Shown: one piece after another, positions 25,863-39,237 of the stretch
How positions within the stretch are numbered: the stretch's first letter is position 1
Layout of the letters: each line of letters opens with the position of its first letter
Origin: Rhizodiscina lignyota
Lineage: Eukaryota
NCBI GenBank assembly: GCA_010015805.1
Contig: ML978130.1
Location: 1,054,001-1,118,000, forward strand
Direction: 5' to 3'
DNA length: 64,000 nt
Position numbers and translations under genes: made by a program
Notes under the pieces: model-generated
What the model was told of the DNA's origin: nothing
The model's input: the letters and a program-made list of their open reading frames with translations, nothing else
Databases searched by the model: none

Positions 25863-27145
25863 ATGAACGTCTGCACGCGCTGCTGGCGCTCCTTCTTCCT
25901 TTCATCTGCATCTGGTCGCAGTTCCAGTCATTCTTTGCGGCGGTCATTTGCACATACTGCACGTCGCTCCCGTGTCAGTGAGTCTTCTTCTTCCACCAGC
26001 TCTTCCGAAGCTCAGTTCTAACTAGCCGCAGAGCAACTGCCCGTTTTCGCAGATTCCTCGAGCGCCGAACTAGCAAATCTCCTTCAGACCATTCGCGAGC
26101 GTATTCTCATTCCCGGGTTTCTCAACGCTGCCCAGCGCGACCTCATCTTCCTACCAAAATGGAAGTCTACGCTTGAAAATGAAGATATTACGGCTGAAAT
26201 TGGCGACGAGGAGGTGCCTTTACGACACTTGGATGTTGACAGAGATATCCCTCGACGATGGCCAGCATTCAAGCAGGCGGTGGAGATGTCAGAGACGGAG
26301 GAAGATTGGAGGAACATGCTTGCACTGCTCGAAGGGCTACATCAGGCTGATGCAAAGATTACTCCCGCGCAGCATGCCAAGTTCATTCGCCGTGCGATTG
26401 AAGCGGACATGATGCCCATTGTGATACAAGCGATAAGAACTGTATCGGCAACGGGAGTAAGCCTTAGTGAAGAGACTGTGCTAGAAGAAGTATTGTTGGG
26501 GGGCGTTCATGAGAGGGCCGTGGATAGCGGATGGTCAGATGAGGCAACGGAAGAAGCTTGGACACTTGCGACACAGATTACACAGTTGATGGAATTCCCT
26601 AAGCACTGTGGAGACGCGCATATGAGGCAGGGAAAAGATCTAAGAGCCGAGCCATGGGTTCTAGGAGTTTTGCTGGAAGCTACTGCGATGAGGCAGAAGC
26701 TGCTCTTCGACGGCAAAGATGACGATGGCCAGGTAGCGCTGTGTGTGGACAGGTTGGTTAGTGTTGCTGAGAGATCACCAATTGAGGTAAGCATAGAAGC
26801 TATCGTTTGCTGCAATGTCTTTGCAATTGCTAATCCTCGTTTCCTCGACAGTCACTCCCAGATCCCACAGCGATAGAGATCAAAACCCAGGACGAAGAGC
26901 GAAGGATCGTACAGAAGGCCATCAACGCGCACAAATTTGCGCGCAAGTTGATTCCTCTGTGGAACGGGTTGAACATTGCCGAGGAAATCCTTGGGCCTAC
27001 GAATCGAGACGACAATATAAGGAGCTTGAAAGAAGTCGTCGCACAACGGATACAGAAAGCCGTAGACTACGTTGAGGCACATGGGTCGCGCGATAAGTCA
27101 TATCGATCTGTCGATGAATGGACAGAGCACCAGCAATCTTCTTGA
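25863..27145 (+). CDS. Conserved hypothetical protein with Arg/Ser-rich mitochondrial-presequence-like N-terminus; multi-exon
   Basis: MNVCTRCWRSFFLSSASGRSS...RRSFAHTARR followed by long helical ORF segments joined by GT-AG introns. Divergent from TIM22. Confidence 0.7.
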
Positions 27146-27714
27146 GCGCTGCACAAATGTTTTGTATCATATTTTGTACGAATATCCAGGCCCTATTCAA
27201 CAGCTGTAAATTCGAACAGCGCGTGCAGTAGATTTCGCAAGATATCCAAAGATCCTTGTTGGCCGCTCGGCACGCTGTAGCACCCAATGTGACTCTTAAA
27301 CGGGAAGTAAAGACCAGCCAGCACGCTTTCTCGGTTTCCTAACCTAAGTAAACGCTTAGAAAATGGCTAAATCAGTTTTAGAAGAGGCCTGAGCATCTGC
27401 TTTAATTATTGCAAGTTGGTCCGAGTGCCTGTAGTTGTTTGGAGCACGTTGCAAAACGCCTCTAATCAATGGGGCTCAACTATTTTGTTCTTTCCTCCGA
27501 GCTTACGTCTTCCCCGCTCACATCCATATAACACTAGTGTGCACGATATGTACCCCGTAGATGATTTGGTGCCAGTACGCTGTAGAAATGCTTTCGATTC
27601 GGCTTTTTCGATGCTCAACTTTCCAGAATATACCCTAGTCAAAGTCCTATAGATATTAATTTCGATGCGCTCTTATCGTTTCGCTTTGCGAAACACATTC
27701 CTTTCTATTTCGCC

Positions 27715-28686
27715 ATGGGTGTTACATTCTCACAATTCTTCCCGCCGACCCCAGCACTAACAGAAGCCAACCTGCCTAGCCAGAAGGGAAAAGTCTTTAT
27801 CGTCACTGGAGGCGCCTCAGGCATAGGGTTCGAGCTTTGTAGGATCCTGTATCAAGCCAGTGCTACAGTCTATCTTGCCGGCCGCTCAGAGAACAACGCG
27901 CAAACCGCAATCTCAAGGATCAAAGCTCTCCCCGCAGCTTCACCCGGCGAATTGAAATTCTTGGAAGTCTCGCTCGATGACTTAAATACTCTCAAGCCAG
28001 CCGTGGATGCATTCACGGCGGCCGAGTCTAGGCTTGATGTCCTATTCAACAACGCAGGAGTCTCGAATCCTCCACACGGATCTGTCTCTGCACAAGGTCA
28101 TGAATTGCAAATGGCGACTAACTGTCTCGGCCCCTACTTCCTCACACAACTTCTTCTGCCGACTCTCAAGCAGACTGCACAGAGTGCAGCGCCGGGTGCT
28201 GTGCGCGTAGTCTGGACATCATCCATCGCGGTCGATCTCACCGCTCCTAAAACTGGTATTGATATTGAAGAACTTACGACGCCTTCCAAAGATCAGCAAA
28301 AGAACTACACGACCTCGAAGACTGGAAATTGGTTCCTCGCCAGCGCGCTTGCTTCCGAAGTCGGCCCCGACGGCATCCTGAGTGTCACCCAAAGCCCTGG
28401 CAATCTGAAGACTGCACTGACACGTCATGTTTCTTGGGTTGTGCCATTGGTAGCAGTACCGTTACTGTACAAGGCAAGAATGGGCGCGTATACGGAACTA
28501 TGGGCGGGCCTGTCAGAGGACTTGAAGATCGAGGATGGCGGCAAATACGTGCTGCCTTGGGGAAGACTTCATCCGAGTCCAAGGGCTGATTTACTGGCTG
28601 CGTTGAAAACCAGAGACGAGGGCGGTACGGGAGTTGCGGCCTTGTTCTTGGACCATTGCGAGAAGCAGACAGCAGACTTTCGATAG
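27715..28686 (+). CDS. Short-chain dehydrogenase/reductase (retinol-dehydrogenase-like), intronless
   Basis: TGGASGIG, NNAGV, catalytic YTTSK. Confidence 0.95.
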   Translation: MGVTFSQFFPPTPALTEANLPSQKGKVFIVTGGASGIGFELCRILYQASATVYLAGRSENNAQTAISRIKALPAASPGELKFLEVSLDDLNTLKPAVDAFTAAESRLDVLFNNAGVSNPPHGSVSAQGHELQMATNCLGPYFLTQLLLPTLKQTAQSAAPGAVRVVWTSSIAVDLTAPKTGIDIEELTTPSKDQQKNYTTSKTGNWFLASALASEVGPDGILSVTQSPGNLKTALTRHVSWVVPLVAVPLLYKARMGAYTELWAGLSEDLKIEDGGKYVLPWGRLHPSPRADLLAALKTRDEGGTGVAALFLDHCEKQTADFR

Positions 28687-29044
28687 TCGGCAAGGAATTG
28701 AACGTCTGAAATACCAAATGCTGGGTAATTATAGTTGCGAATGGGAATCGTCAGCGCTGAAAGCCAAGAAGTGCGGTTTTTTGGGTGAGACCGCGAGAAC
28801 TGCAAGTGCACCGGGAAAACTGGGTGACCTAACAATCGAAGCTGAGAGCGAAATTCTCTACCATCGCGATGGGCGCATTGAAAAGATGTGTTATCAGAAC
28901 TTCAGTGAAGACAATCAGCTAGTTCACTATTTCCGGAGAAGAGAACATTAGAAGCGTGCCATTGGGTATCGATATTGTAAGCTGATGTGAAAGACCAAAT
29001 GTTGTCGTTAGCGCACAAATATCAAAAACATTCATCTCACAAGC

Positions 29045-30241
29045 TCATCCGCTACTTTCAATTCCCTGCACCTGCGTCCCACTTGCCGTTCTCCGCATCT
29101 GCTCCTGCTGCTGCGTATCCGTCTTCGGCTTCGCAGATATATCAAGCTCTGCAAACCTCGGCCGTGCGAGTAGGATGTTTACTCGAGCAGCATTGAAGAT
29201 CTGTTCTGATGGTGGAATTGATGCTGCGAGGTTCGTATTCTCCGTTAGTCGGGTAATAAAGAACATGAACTGGCTCGTCTTGATTTGCATTTCAGCGAAA
29301 TTGGCGCTTCCAGCTGGAACACCAGTATGCTTTCTATGATTGGAGTCAGTAACGGCCGCAACATAAATTTAGCACTGTGCGGAACTTACGCCATTGAATG
29401 TTTGTGCGTCTTCAGAATGCTGGAGATGCGCTCAAACCGATCGGTAAATGGATTCTCCATCTCCCAGCCACGGGTGACATGCGTGACCATTAGACATGTA
29501 GTGCGCTCGTATAGAATTAGCTCTCGAGCGTCGATGACCTCTGCCAACTCTTGCAGAAGTGCCTCGATCGTGGAAGCGTTTGGAATGAGGAAGTATATAA
29601 TTTGAGTCCATGCTTTGTATAGCGATTGATCCCAAATGCTCGTCGCGAAGAAGTCGACCTTGGTTTGAAAGTGGCCCGATGCAGCGCGGATATGCTCCGC
29701 TCGCTCTTCGAAGAGTTGTAAGCGTAATCGAGCTTGGACGAGATCCATCTTGTGGATCAAGCAGAAGACCTTGGCATTGGGACTGCATTCTTCGAGGGCC
29801 GCAATTATGGTCTCGTAGCTGACGACGTCCATTCCAAACTCGCGAGATTCGATATCGAAAACGAAGATAAGAACGGCGACGTTGCTGAAGACATGCTCGC
29901 GTTGGTGGGTAAGATAGTTCTCAACAAAACCATCTTGACTGCAAATTGTAAGCATAGGCCTCCATGTTCAGTGTATTTCGGCGCTGAGGAAGGTCGGCAG
30001 TAAAGAGCAGGAGAAGGAACCACAGAGAAGAGGCATACCCGCCACAGTCCCATAAGTTTAGCATAAGATTGCCCATGAACTTGATGTTGCTGTGCTCCAC
30101 ATCGATTGTTGCGCCTAACCGACGGACGTCTTTGGCCACGTAGTTGCTGAATACAATGGATCTCATGGACGACTTGCCAGCTCCACTCTTGCCCATCAGC
30201 AGCACCTTACGCTGCTTCTGCTGCCGCTTGCCTGTATTCAT
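29045..30241 (-). CDS. GTR1: Rag GTPase Gtr1/RagA; 3 exons
   Basis: [56 protein letters not shown]. Confidence 0.97.
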
Positions 30242-30567
30242 CTTGACCCGTGCGCTCCCCTTCACGCAGCGTCTGGGCAAGAGTGTCGCTCATGCAGTCA
30301 TCAGGCTGTATTTCGCGGAGTGGGTGGTGCGCGCGCATGGGCAATTTGATATCGCGCGACGTCACTTCTAAATTGCAGGGGTAGGCTCGGCCCGATTCTA
30401 CCGAGGCGCTGTTTTCAGCATCTACTTGGAACTGCCCCAGACCCAAACAACCCCTTCTTTCTTCACTCGCTCAACTCATTTCTCGCACAATCGAACGCGC
30501 TGAAGACGCAGCGCGGCATCATCGAAACTTTCATCCGCTATTGAGACATTTGTAAAGACTATTCAAC

Positions 30568-31460
30568 ATGGCCGAAGACACTGGCAAGGAGACGCGTGGA
30601 GAGCGCGAATCGACGCCGCCAGCTGAGACTGAGCCAGCATCAGCTTTGAAATCTGAAGAGCAGATCTCATATACAACCGCCGATGGTCCGTCGGAGGATT
30701 CAACTCGTGATAGCTTCGGTTTATCATTTACGACAAATATGTTCATACTAACATGTTGATTGCAGCGGCCCAACCCCCTCTCCCAGACGAAGAGGCTCCA
30801 CCCTTGCCAGATGAAGCACCTCCATTGCCAAACGAAGACCCCCCAGCGCAAGAAGATGACGGATGGGAGCCAATGTGGGACCCGACTAGTCAAGCATACT
30901 ACTTCTACAATCGGCTCACCAAAGCTACGCAATGGGAGAATCCTCGAGTGCCAGAGGCCACAAACAACTCCGTGCCCGGTCTTGGCTCATACGATTCATT
31001 AGCAGAGGGAACGAGTAGCACTGGCGCTCTAGGTGCATCCTCATCACCTGCTCCTAAGCGCGCTGCCGGTGGCTACAATCCTGCAATTCATGGCGACTAC
31101 GACCCAACAGCAGACTATGCCATCGAAGCCCAACAAGAAGAGCAAGAAGAGCAAGCTCGTGCAGAAGCTGCTGCTGCAAGCGATGCGGCGGCAGTGTATG
31201 GTACCACCGCGACCTTCAATCGCTTCACTGGCAAATGGCAAGCTGAATCACTGAATCCCGAAAAATTCAACGACGAGAACAAGAGCAAGCGCCAAATGAA
31301 CGCATTCTTCGACGTCGATGCTGCTGCGAATAGTCATGAAGGACGATCTCTTAGGGCAGAACGTGCGAACAAAAAGTTGTCCAAGGCTGAGCTGAAGGCG
31401 TTCAAGGAGAAACGGCGAGAAAAGAAGGAGGAAAAGCGCAGAGCGTGGCTCCGCGACTGA
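30568..31460 (+). CDS. WW-domain protein
   Basis: GWEPMWDPTSQAYYFYNRLTKATQWENP; conserved basic C-terminus (KRQMNAFFDVD...KRRAWLRD). Confidence 0.88.
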
Positions 31461-31622
31461 GTACTTATGAACTCGGTGTTGATCAATTCTTATGATGGCC
31501 AAGCATGTCATCTTCACATCAAATTCGATGTTTTGAATACTCCCATTGTGGTTCTTGGCCAACCTCCAAGCTAACTGTCCACCACCCCTCCACCATCATC
31601 AGGTGCCTTGTATAATTAGTCT

Positions 31623-33019
31623 CTACAGGGTCGGCTCAGCTAGTACGGAATGACTCATTTTTACATGAAATTTCCTCCAGATTGGTGCACACGCTCTCAC
31701 GTTTAATAGGAACTCTCCAGAAGTCCCAGGTCCTGTCCTTCCAGGTTCCTTTTCGAAATCTGCAATTGCCGCTTCGACCAGAACCGCCAAAATGATATCG
31801 AAAGAGAAATGATTGCCGGACAAAGTCCAACAATTCCCAAAACGACAGGCCAATCGGCCCTGGATGAATGTATCGGTCCCTTGCCGTGCAGGCCGTCGGG
31901 CTGACACGATGGCCATGGTCCGTTCTTCATTTTGAGAGCGTTCTGACACTCACTAAAGTTTACATGATGCGGCTGTTGAGATATCAGCGAGCTATAGTTA
32001 GGTTTTGAGGACTCGGTGCACCTTGATGTGTGAGCAATATCTCAAGTATGCATCTCGTGTCGCATCTCCTTCTGAGGCCAGTCCCTCCAGCGATGTCGTG
32101 TAGCCTACAATGGCAACTAGGATGCCGAATACACTGATGCCGGCGGGTAGGACGGCCTGGAAATTCGGATTTCCGAAATGTATGCTTCGACTCAAAGGCT
32201 CTCGAGAGTAGGTGTTGAGCCTCCGCCTCCGCGTCCAAAGCCATACGAGAAGCAAAGATACCAAAGACAGAAAAAGTAAAAATACTACAACCTTTGACAC
32301 GGCTGTCAGAAATACTGTAGTCAACGAAGGGATTGAAATTTGCTTTGAGAGATGTTGTTCCGGTGGAAATGTCGACGATAAATTGCGATATGGTGCGTTG
32401 AGGCACGCCTGGTAGGGAAACCCTCGTGGACGGAGCTCTTGCACATTTCGCTTCGAATTCGACATTGGCACATAAGGCGGTGGTCTTAACCCATTTTGCA
32501 GAGCTCGAGTACAGTCCGCTTTCAACTTCTGGACCAGCTCGTGCTGCACAGTTATCAGTACGACCACGTGCGGTAACGATGACGAATGAATATTCTCACA
32601 ATATTCTCTTGACAGTACTCCAGGTAATCCTTGCGCGCTGTCCAGATAGCAATCTGGTAAGCGTTCCAGGCTGGGACCGCGGCAAGAATGCCAATGACAA
32701 GCCCAGCTATAATGGTATTTCTGTCAAAGGTGATCCACTTCAACATCCTACGCCATAGTGATAGGGATTCTTGCATGCCAGAGAGTGGAGTGGGCTGCAG
32801 TTGTGACTGGGAGAGACGAGGCGAGGGAGACGTAGTATGTGTAGTAGAAGAATTTATTGATTGCTCTGGCTCTTGCGGTACGGAAGAGAGCGGAACAGAG
32901 TTTGGAGTGACTAGTGATTGAATAGCAATTGATATCGAGTTTGACTGTTGTATGTGAGGCAAGCAGTCCAGTGGTATCGAATTCGTTGTCACGGAAGCAC
33001 CAACGCGTCCAGAGCTCAT
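31623..33019 (-). CDS. Hypothetical membrane protein; exon structure and 3' end uncertain
   Basis: Adjacent ORFs 33019-32555 and 32567-31998 contain hydrophobic helices, each followed by a similar motif (WTARKDYLEYC; DATRDAYLRYC). Confidence 0.45.
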
Positions 33020-33708
33020 GGCTCAACGTGTGTTCACAAATGATATCAGCAAACTCTCAACGTGGCCTTCTGTACGTACAAGAAGACGGCATCACCCACT
33101 ATTTGTATCGTCATTCGCAGTTCACTCTCAGCCACTTCCTTTTTATGCATGAACAGGGGTAAGTCATATTCTATTGTTTCAGCCTTGCCAGACACCTTGT
33201 CGAGGATACGCGGCTCATCGTCTCATTCGCCACTTTCGTAAAGGATTTCCGAAGCTGCCGATAGTTGTGAAGATTTTCTCTAGAGCATTCGTAGGAGAGG
33301 CCGCGAGGCTGTGCAAAGCTGAACGATGTACGATCTTTCAGCCTGATCTTAGTTTCGTTGCATTTCATGCAGTAATTGCGATTGATACTAGGTCTATAGT
33401 AATAAAATCAACAGAAACTTTGAATTAGAGGCTTGATTGAGTACTTCAGTATCCATTCCCATCCAATGATACATGCAATGCAACTTCTTCCGTCCACGAT
33501 CTGTCTCTTTCTCTGCGAGCCTACGCCTCTTCAGACGTCTCGGATATGGCATCGTAGTGAAGTGATTGCATCCCGTACGCAGTATGTGATCTTGTGGTGG
33601 GTTATGTATACTTTGGTAGCCGAGCGCACGTCTTAAAGGTCCATGGAGCTGGCCTCAGCTTACAGGCCAAGTCTTTAAGTAGCAGAATCCAATGGCATGG
33701 TGCACCTT

Positions 33709-34403
33709 TCAGCCGGGCATCGTTCCATGAGACGATCCACCGCCGTTCACCGTAGCTCTGCTTGCCATTGAACCCTCGCTGACTGTGGTGCCCCCATCAA
33801 CATCCATATCTTCTCCGTCAACCTCAGTCTCTACACCATTCCCACTCCCTCCGACCGCCCTTTCCAAGCCAGGCACCTCTTTCAGCAGCCACTTAACAGT
33901 CTCTTCTTTGTCATTACGTTCGGCCTCGAAGACTACATCGTGCCCAGCGTTATTCGTCTTTGCGGGATCGGCGCCTTCAACTACGAGTAATTGTACGACT
34001 TGGAGTTGACCATTTAGTGCAGCCCAGTGTAAGGATGTGTTTCCTGCTTGATTCGGGGCGTTTATAAGTGCCGTGAGCGCAGCTTTGTCGGAACTGAAGT
34101 AAGATTTGAAGAGGTTGAGGATATCTAAAGCGAAGCATGATCAGTACTTCAACTCCATCCCTTGTATTAGGCATTTAGAGACCAACCAATGTGCCCATTC
34201 GCGCTTGTGTAGTGGACCGCATTATTTCCGCTCTCTGCATCAGCTGCGTTACAAATGACATCTGCTTGTGAGACATTGTACTTTTTTGACAAGTCATTGA
34301 GAAATTCCTGAAGCTCAGCGGCCTCCCCTGCTCGTGAGAGGTAAAGGATATCGTCAATCTCGTCCTCCGTCAAAGAAACGGCTAATTCAATTGGAATCGT
34401 CAT
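33709..34403 (-). CDS. YAR1: Ankyrin-repeat protein Yar1-like; 1 intron
   Basis: LTEDEIDDILYLSRAGE...GNNAVHYTSANGH; second exon GNTSLHWAALNGQL...NNAGHDVVFEAE. Confidence 0.85.
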
Positions 34404-34640
34404 TTTTTACAGAAGGGCGGTCAAGGTTATAGGAAAGAATTCCGGCGCAATCGAATACCCTAAAAATGTGCTTCGATGGGCGGATATTCTTCGGCACATG
34501 TGATGTCACCGCGAATAAGGGAACAAACGAGCGCCCTTTTTCCAACTTGGAAGTTTCACTCATTGTACAACTCGAATCTAATAAATTCAGAGTGTCTTAT
34601 TCAAAGCCGAACACCCAGCTTAACGCTAAACAGCTCGATA

Positions 34641-34934
34641 TCAACTAATCCTGGACACTCCTATGCTGGGCAGCCCGTCATCGAAGGCTTCGGCTTGTTG
34701 ATCTGAGGCTCCCAAGCGATTGTTATCGCTCTGTAGGCCCTTCGTTTGGTCCAGGTGATTTCTTTTTTCAAGGGCAGAAACGGTGTGATTGAGGAAGACC
34801 GGGAATTTCCTCCATCCTCCACACTCCCGTCCTGACTTTTCGCAGCGCATACATCTCGGACGAGCGAGATCGCGTTGAGTTTTTCTGTCTCTGCAGGTCG
34901 AGCAGTCTTTCAATTTTCCTGGTACACCGACCAT
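34641..34934 (-). pseudogene. Truncated Zn(II)2Cys6 transcription factor remnant
   Basis: MVGVPGKLKD-CSTC-RDRKTQ-R-DLARPR-CMRC-EKSGRE-C-GGW. The third Cys position is Arg and the ORF stops after 97 aa. Confidence 0.65.
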
Positions 34935-36190
34935 ATTGCCGTCCAATCGTTGGTCGAGCAGATCAATGGACAAGATGCACATTCGAATTAGATTGGCGTT
35001 ACGCTTGCGCTTTATTGCGCCCCGGTATTAATTATCACATATCAAAGAGGATATCAAAACAGAAGGAATGGAATGATTACCTGACTTTGGGAGCGTCCAT
35101 ACACAGTTCATCCTTCACATATCAATTCTGAGCTCTCGAAGATAGGACCGAACCTTGCCTCAGCTGAAGGTCATGGAGAAAGGAGCCTTAGATTTGAACT
35201 GTCCACCCCACACTCATGAATGACATAGTACAATCTGATCCCGGATGGAGCTCAAATGGTGTTCTGCAGATGAGCCTTTTTCTCTTATACCTAAGATTAA
35301 AAATATGGCCATATCAACGTGCTTCAACAGAAGCACAGAAGTTTGTGTCTGCAGCCTGTTTACTAATGTGCTCCGGACGAACTTGAATCTCATAAAGTCT
35401 TAAATTTTGCTTGAGATCGTTCCTATTTGTCTGCGGGAACAGGCATAATACTTCTACTGCGGCAACATCAAGGAACCCAATCGGAAATTATCCGAAAATT
35501 GCCAAGCTCGGGACTTGGCTCTAAGATTAGGTTTAGCGTCCCTGTACTTCACCGTTCCTGACGTCTCCTTAGTCCAAGCCCACTGTTTCTGTGGCTGATC
35601 ATGAACTTGGTATTACATCGCATACACAACCCTTAGATACGATATTGCGATGCGATATCCAGCTTGCCAACCACGCCTACGTCTCTCTGCTAAGTACAAT
35701 AGCTGAATACGAGCCCGTGAAGCAGAAGATCCGAGCATCCAAGCTTCCGATCTGCTAAAAACAGTCACATCATCCTGCCACCCCCCTCCCATCGCAACTT
35801 GGCGCCGGAAGTGGGAAAATGGCAAGAGTCGTGATGTCCTCTTTTCCCCACTCTACTTCACCCAGCAACGTTATTCCTTTATGGGCTCTTACGCCACTTG
35901 CTCATTTCTCGCATGTAGAGACATATTCGGAAGAGTCTTCGCAATCAGCCTGGGAATTCGGTGTCATGCAATGCCTCGAGCAGTATGTCAAGCACTGGAC
36001 TCTTCCGTATAAATGAAGAGTTATCCTGGTAAGCAAGAAGCGTTCTGTACAATATTGTTCAAATTTGAAGTCACATTGATCCTCAAACTGCACTATCTCT
36101 TTCTCGCTTTTCTTTCATCTCCCTTCTATTGCGAACCAGAGCGTGATAAGAGGGAAAGCGAATAGTTAGGTTTCGCCACTTTTGGCGAAG

Positions 36191-37880
36191 ATGAAGCTTA
36201 GAAACAATGCCCTCTCAACACCTGCCATTCTGTCAGTTACCTTAGGGAGCGTCCTCGCCGCGCCGCCCACCGAGAAGGAACTCTGCTCGGCCAATTCGGT
36301 CGAAGTGATCAATAATCATCCAGAGACCTGGCCGTACCAGTCATTCGTGAGTTCCGAACGCAATCCGCCTTGGCTGAGTATCAATCGAACCGGGGAGGCT
36401 CTTGCCCCAGGCTTCATTTTCTTAGCCCAGGATGCTGGGTTCAGTAACTCATCTATCAAAGAGCAATCTCCTCTGATTATGACGAGTGATGGGAACCTTG
36501 TGTGGGCCGGACCAAGAGTATCTGGAACTACAAACTTCCGCACTCAGACTCTCTTTGGCGAACCCGTTCTTACCTTCTGGGAAGGCTCTGGAGCGGCCGC
36601 AAACAGCCAAAATGCAGGCCACGGTTTCGGTAGCGTCAGGATATTCGACAAGTCATACAAGCAAATTTACAACGTCTGCCCTAAGTTGGACATCGTTCTA
36701 CCACCAGGTGCCACGGCGTCTTGCAAAGCCGACATCCACGAGTCCTATATCACAGAGCAGAATACGATCCTGGTGACAGCATACAATATCACAACGACCG
36801 ATCTGACGAGCGTTGGAGGCCCGAAGAAGGGTTACGTCTATGATTCCCTTGCGGTTGAGGTTGATGTCAAAACCGGAGAAGTACTCTGGACTTGGAGTCC
36901 GGTGGCTCACGTTCCGGTGAACGCCTCTCATCTGCCACTAGATGGAGCAGGTCAAAATACCTCGAATCCGTGGGACTGGTTCCATATGAACTCCATTCAG
37001 CCCTTTGAGGGCAATTACTTGATCAATAGCCGTAGTGCCTGGTCCACATATCTGGTCAAACCGTCCGGCGAGATCATCTGGCATATCAATGGTGAAGATG
37101 GTGGTGACTTTGGGAAGCTTCCAGATGGCGGACACTTCGTGAGAATATCTTTACTTTCTCTGATATGCATAAGTATCCTCCCAGCTAATTGGTTTGTAGT
37201 CTTGGCAGCATATGGCTCGCATCGAAAGAGAATCCTCCAACAAGGTCAAGCTGCACTACTTCGCAAACAACAACGACGAACCGGTGACAACTGTCCCATC
37301 GACCGGCGTCGAATTGTGTCTCACACTACCACCTGATCCATCAAACCCACCAGAACTGCTAAAAGATTTGAGCGACCCAAAGAATCCAGTCGTCGTCTAC
37401 GCCGAGGGTTCTTACACACCGCTCGAGAATGGCAACACACTCATGGGATATGGTGTCCAGCCCTTTATCAAAGAGTTCGGACCAAACCCGACCGGCGCAG
37501 ACGTACGCTGGTCTGCGCAATTTGGTTTTGACCCATATGGTGCTGGTAGCTATCGGGCGTACAAGAGCGAGTGGAGCGCAATACCGTCCACAAAGCCTTC
37601 ATTAGTAGCGAAGAAAATCACTGGCTCTGACAAATTGACATCCTGCGCCGGGTCCTCGAAATTGCGCGGTTACGTTAGCTGGAACGGTGCTACGGATGTA
37701 GAGGAATATAAAGTCTACGCAGGAGACAGCAAGACTGATTTGAAGGAGGTTGGAGAAGTGCTGAAGCGAGGATTTGAGACTGTATTTTCTCTTCCAGCGG
37801 GTGTAAAGTTTGTGTCGGTTGGTGCTGTGGTCAAGGGAAATTCAACCGCGACTATGTCAAAGGTAGTGGCGGTTGACTGA
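36191..37880 (+). CDS. Secreted arylsulfotransferase (ASST)-like beta-propeller protein; 1 intron (~37140-37199)
   Basis: Signal peptide; PLIMTSDGNLVW, PVLTFWEG, DIHE, WDWFHMNSI, YLINSR, NGNTLMGYG, YVSWNGAT, GFET. Confidence 0.88.
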
Positions 37881-38102
37881 ACAGCTCGGTCACTAGCTAT
37901 AATTTTTTAGTTTTCTTTTTCGTAATGCTGTTTTGGGTTGTTTAATTGTCCAGAATACCGAGTTCACGTTTTATTCTTTTATCGTACACGCCTCGTTATA
38001 ATCAAAACCAATGTTTTCGCTTTCATGCCCTGAAACTTTCGTAAACCGTGCTCCTAATGAAACCGTACATCATGGCAAGCCAGTTCAAGATGCAATCCAC
38101 TC

Positions 38103-39237
38103 TCAAGTATTCACACTTCCGTTCCTTTCTCTCTCTTCTGTTCCAAGCAGCGGTGGGTCATCCACCGACTCGCCAGAATCTGAACTATCATCGTCCTTTC
38201 GGTACATGAAGTACTGAACGAAGACGCCAGCATCCAACAATAGCGTACCAAAGCTTCCCAGCAACCACGAGAAATTGACAGCAAAATACCGCGCGTAGAT
38301 CGCTCCAGCTTCGCTAGGCTTGCAGTGCTTGGGATGCTCGCAGACAGGCGAGTATGCGAGAATCGACATGACGTAGGTCAAGTTTCCGATGCAAGCGAAG
38401 AGAAAGAATAGCATCGATATGCCTTCTGTGCTCTTTCGGCGGTAGTTGAGCAACAGTTGTGGAACCCGCGAACCAAGATAGAGGACTGCACAGATGTAAC
38501 CGAACACTTGACCGAGGATATTGAACCCAAGCACCTCGTGCTTCTTAGGGGATCCATCGTCTCTGTTGCGGTTGCTAAGCCACCATCCAAAGACACCGGC
38601 GAAGCACACGAGGACGATGGCGAAGACGTTGAAGATGACTACCTGAAGCGTTGATTGCGGTGATGATGATGTTGAGTCAGGCGGATTCGTGGGATCGGAG
38701 TCAGGTACCAAGGGAGTCGCAGGAGAGAGGTGGGTCCCGTCAATGGAGAGGAATCGGTCTCTGATCGAAGAGGAAGATCCTCTACGGTCAGCATCAGAGA
38801 TCCGCGCGGGGCGTTCAGCCGCTCGTTCGGATCGTAGTAGAGGTGTCCTTTCAGCGTCTCCGTTCGGCTCGTTAACTTTATCTTTCAGCGTGAAGCCTTC
38901 GTAGTAGAAGCACTGGGCAAGCAGAACAATGTCTGCGATCGTGTAATAGACTGCCAATATAATCTGTAATTGTTAACATGTCAACGAGATGCTCAGTGAA
39001 TCTTGCTCTCACCATTGTCGGTAGAACGCCTTGGAGAACGGCGCCCAATATGTTGAAGACATCTCCGGCAAGCCAAACCACGATGAAGACAATGGAGAGG
39101 CCTTCCGCTGATCCTCGCTGGAAATTCTTAATGATCTGAGGAGAGAAGACAACCACCCAGCAGGCGATTGAGATCGATCCACAGATGCCACTGAGAGCTT
39201 CAATATCAAGATTCAAGCCTTGAGACGGTGGATACAT
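38103..39237 (-). CDS. PQ-loop vacuolar cationic amino acid transporter (Ypq/Rtc2-like); 1 intron
   Basis: Two PQ loops: VFSPQIIKNFQRGSAEGLS and SRVPQLLLNYRRKSTEGIS. Confidence 0.93.
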
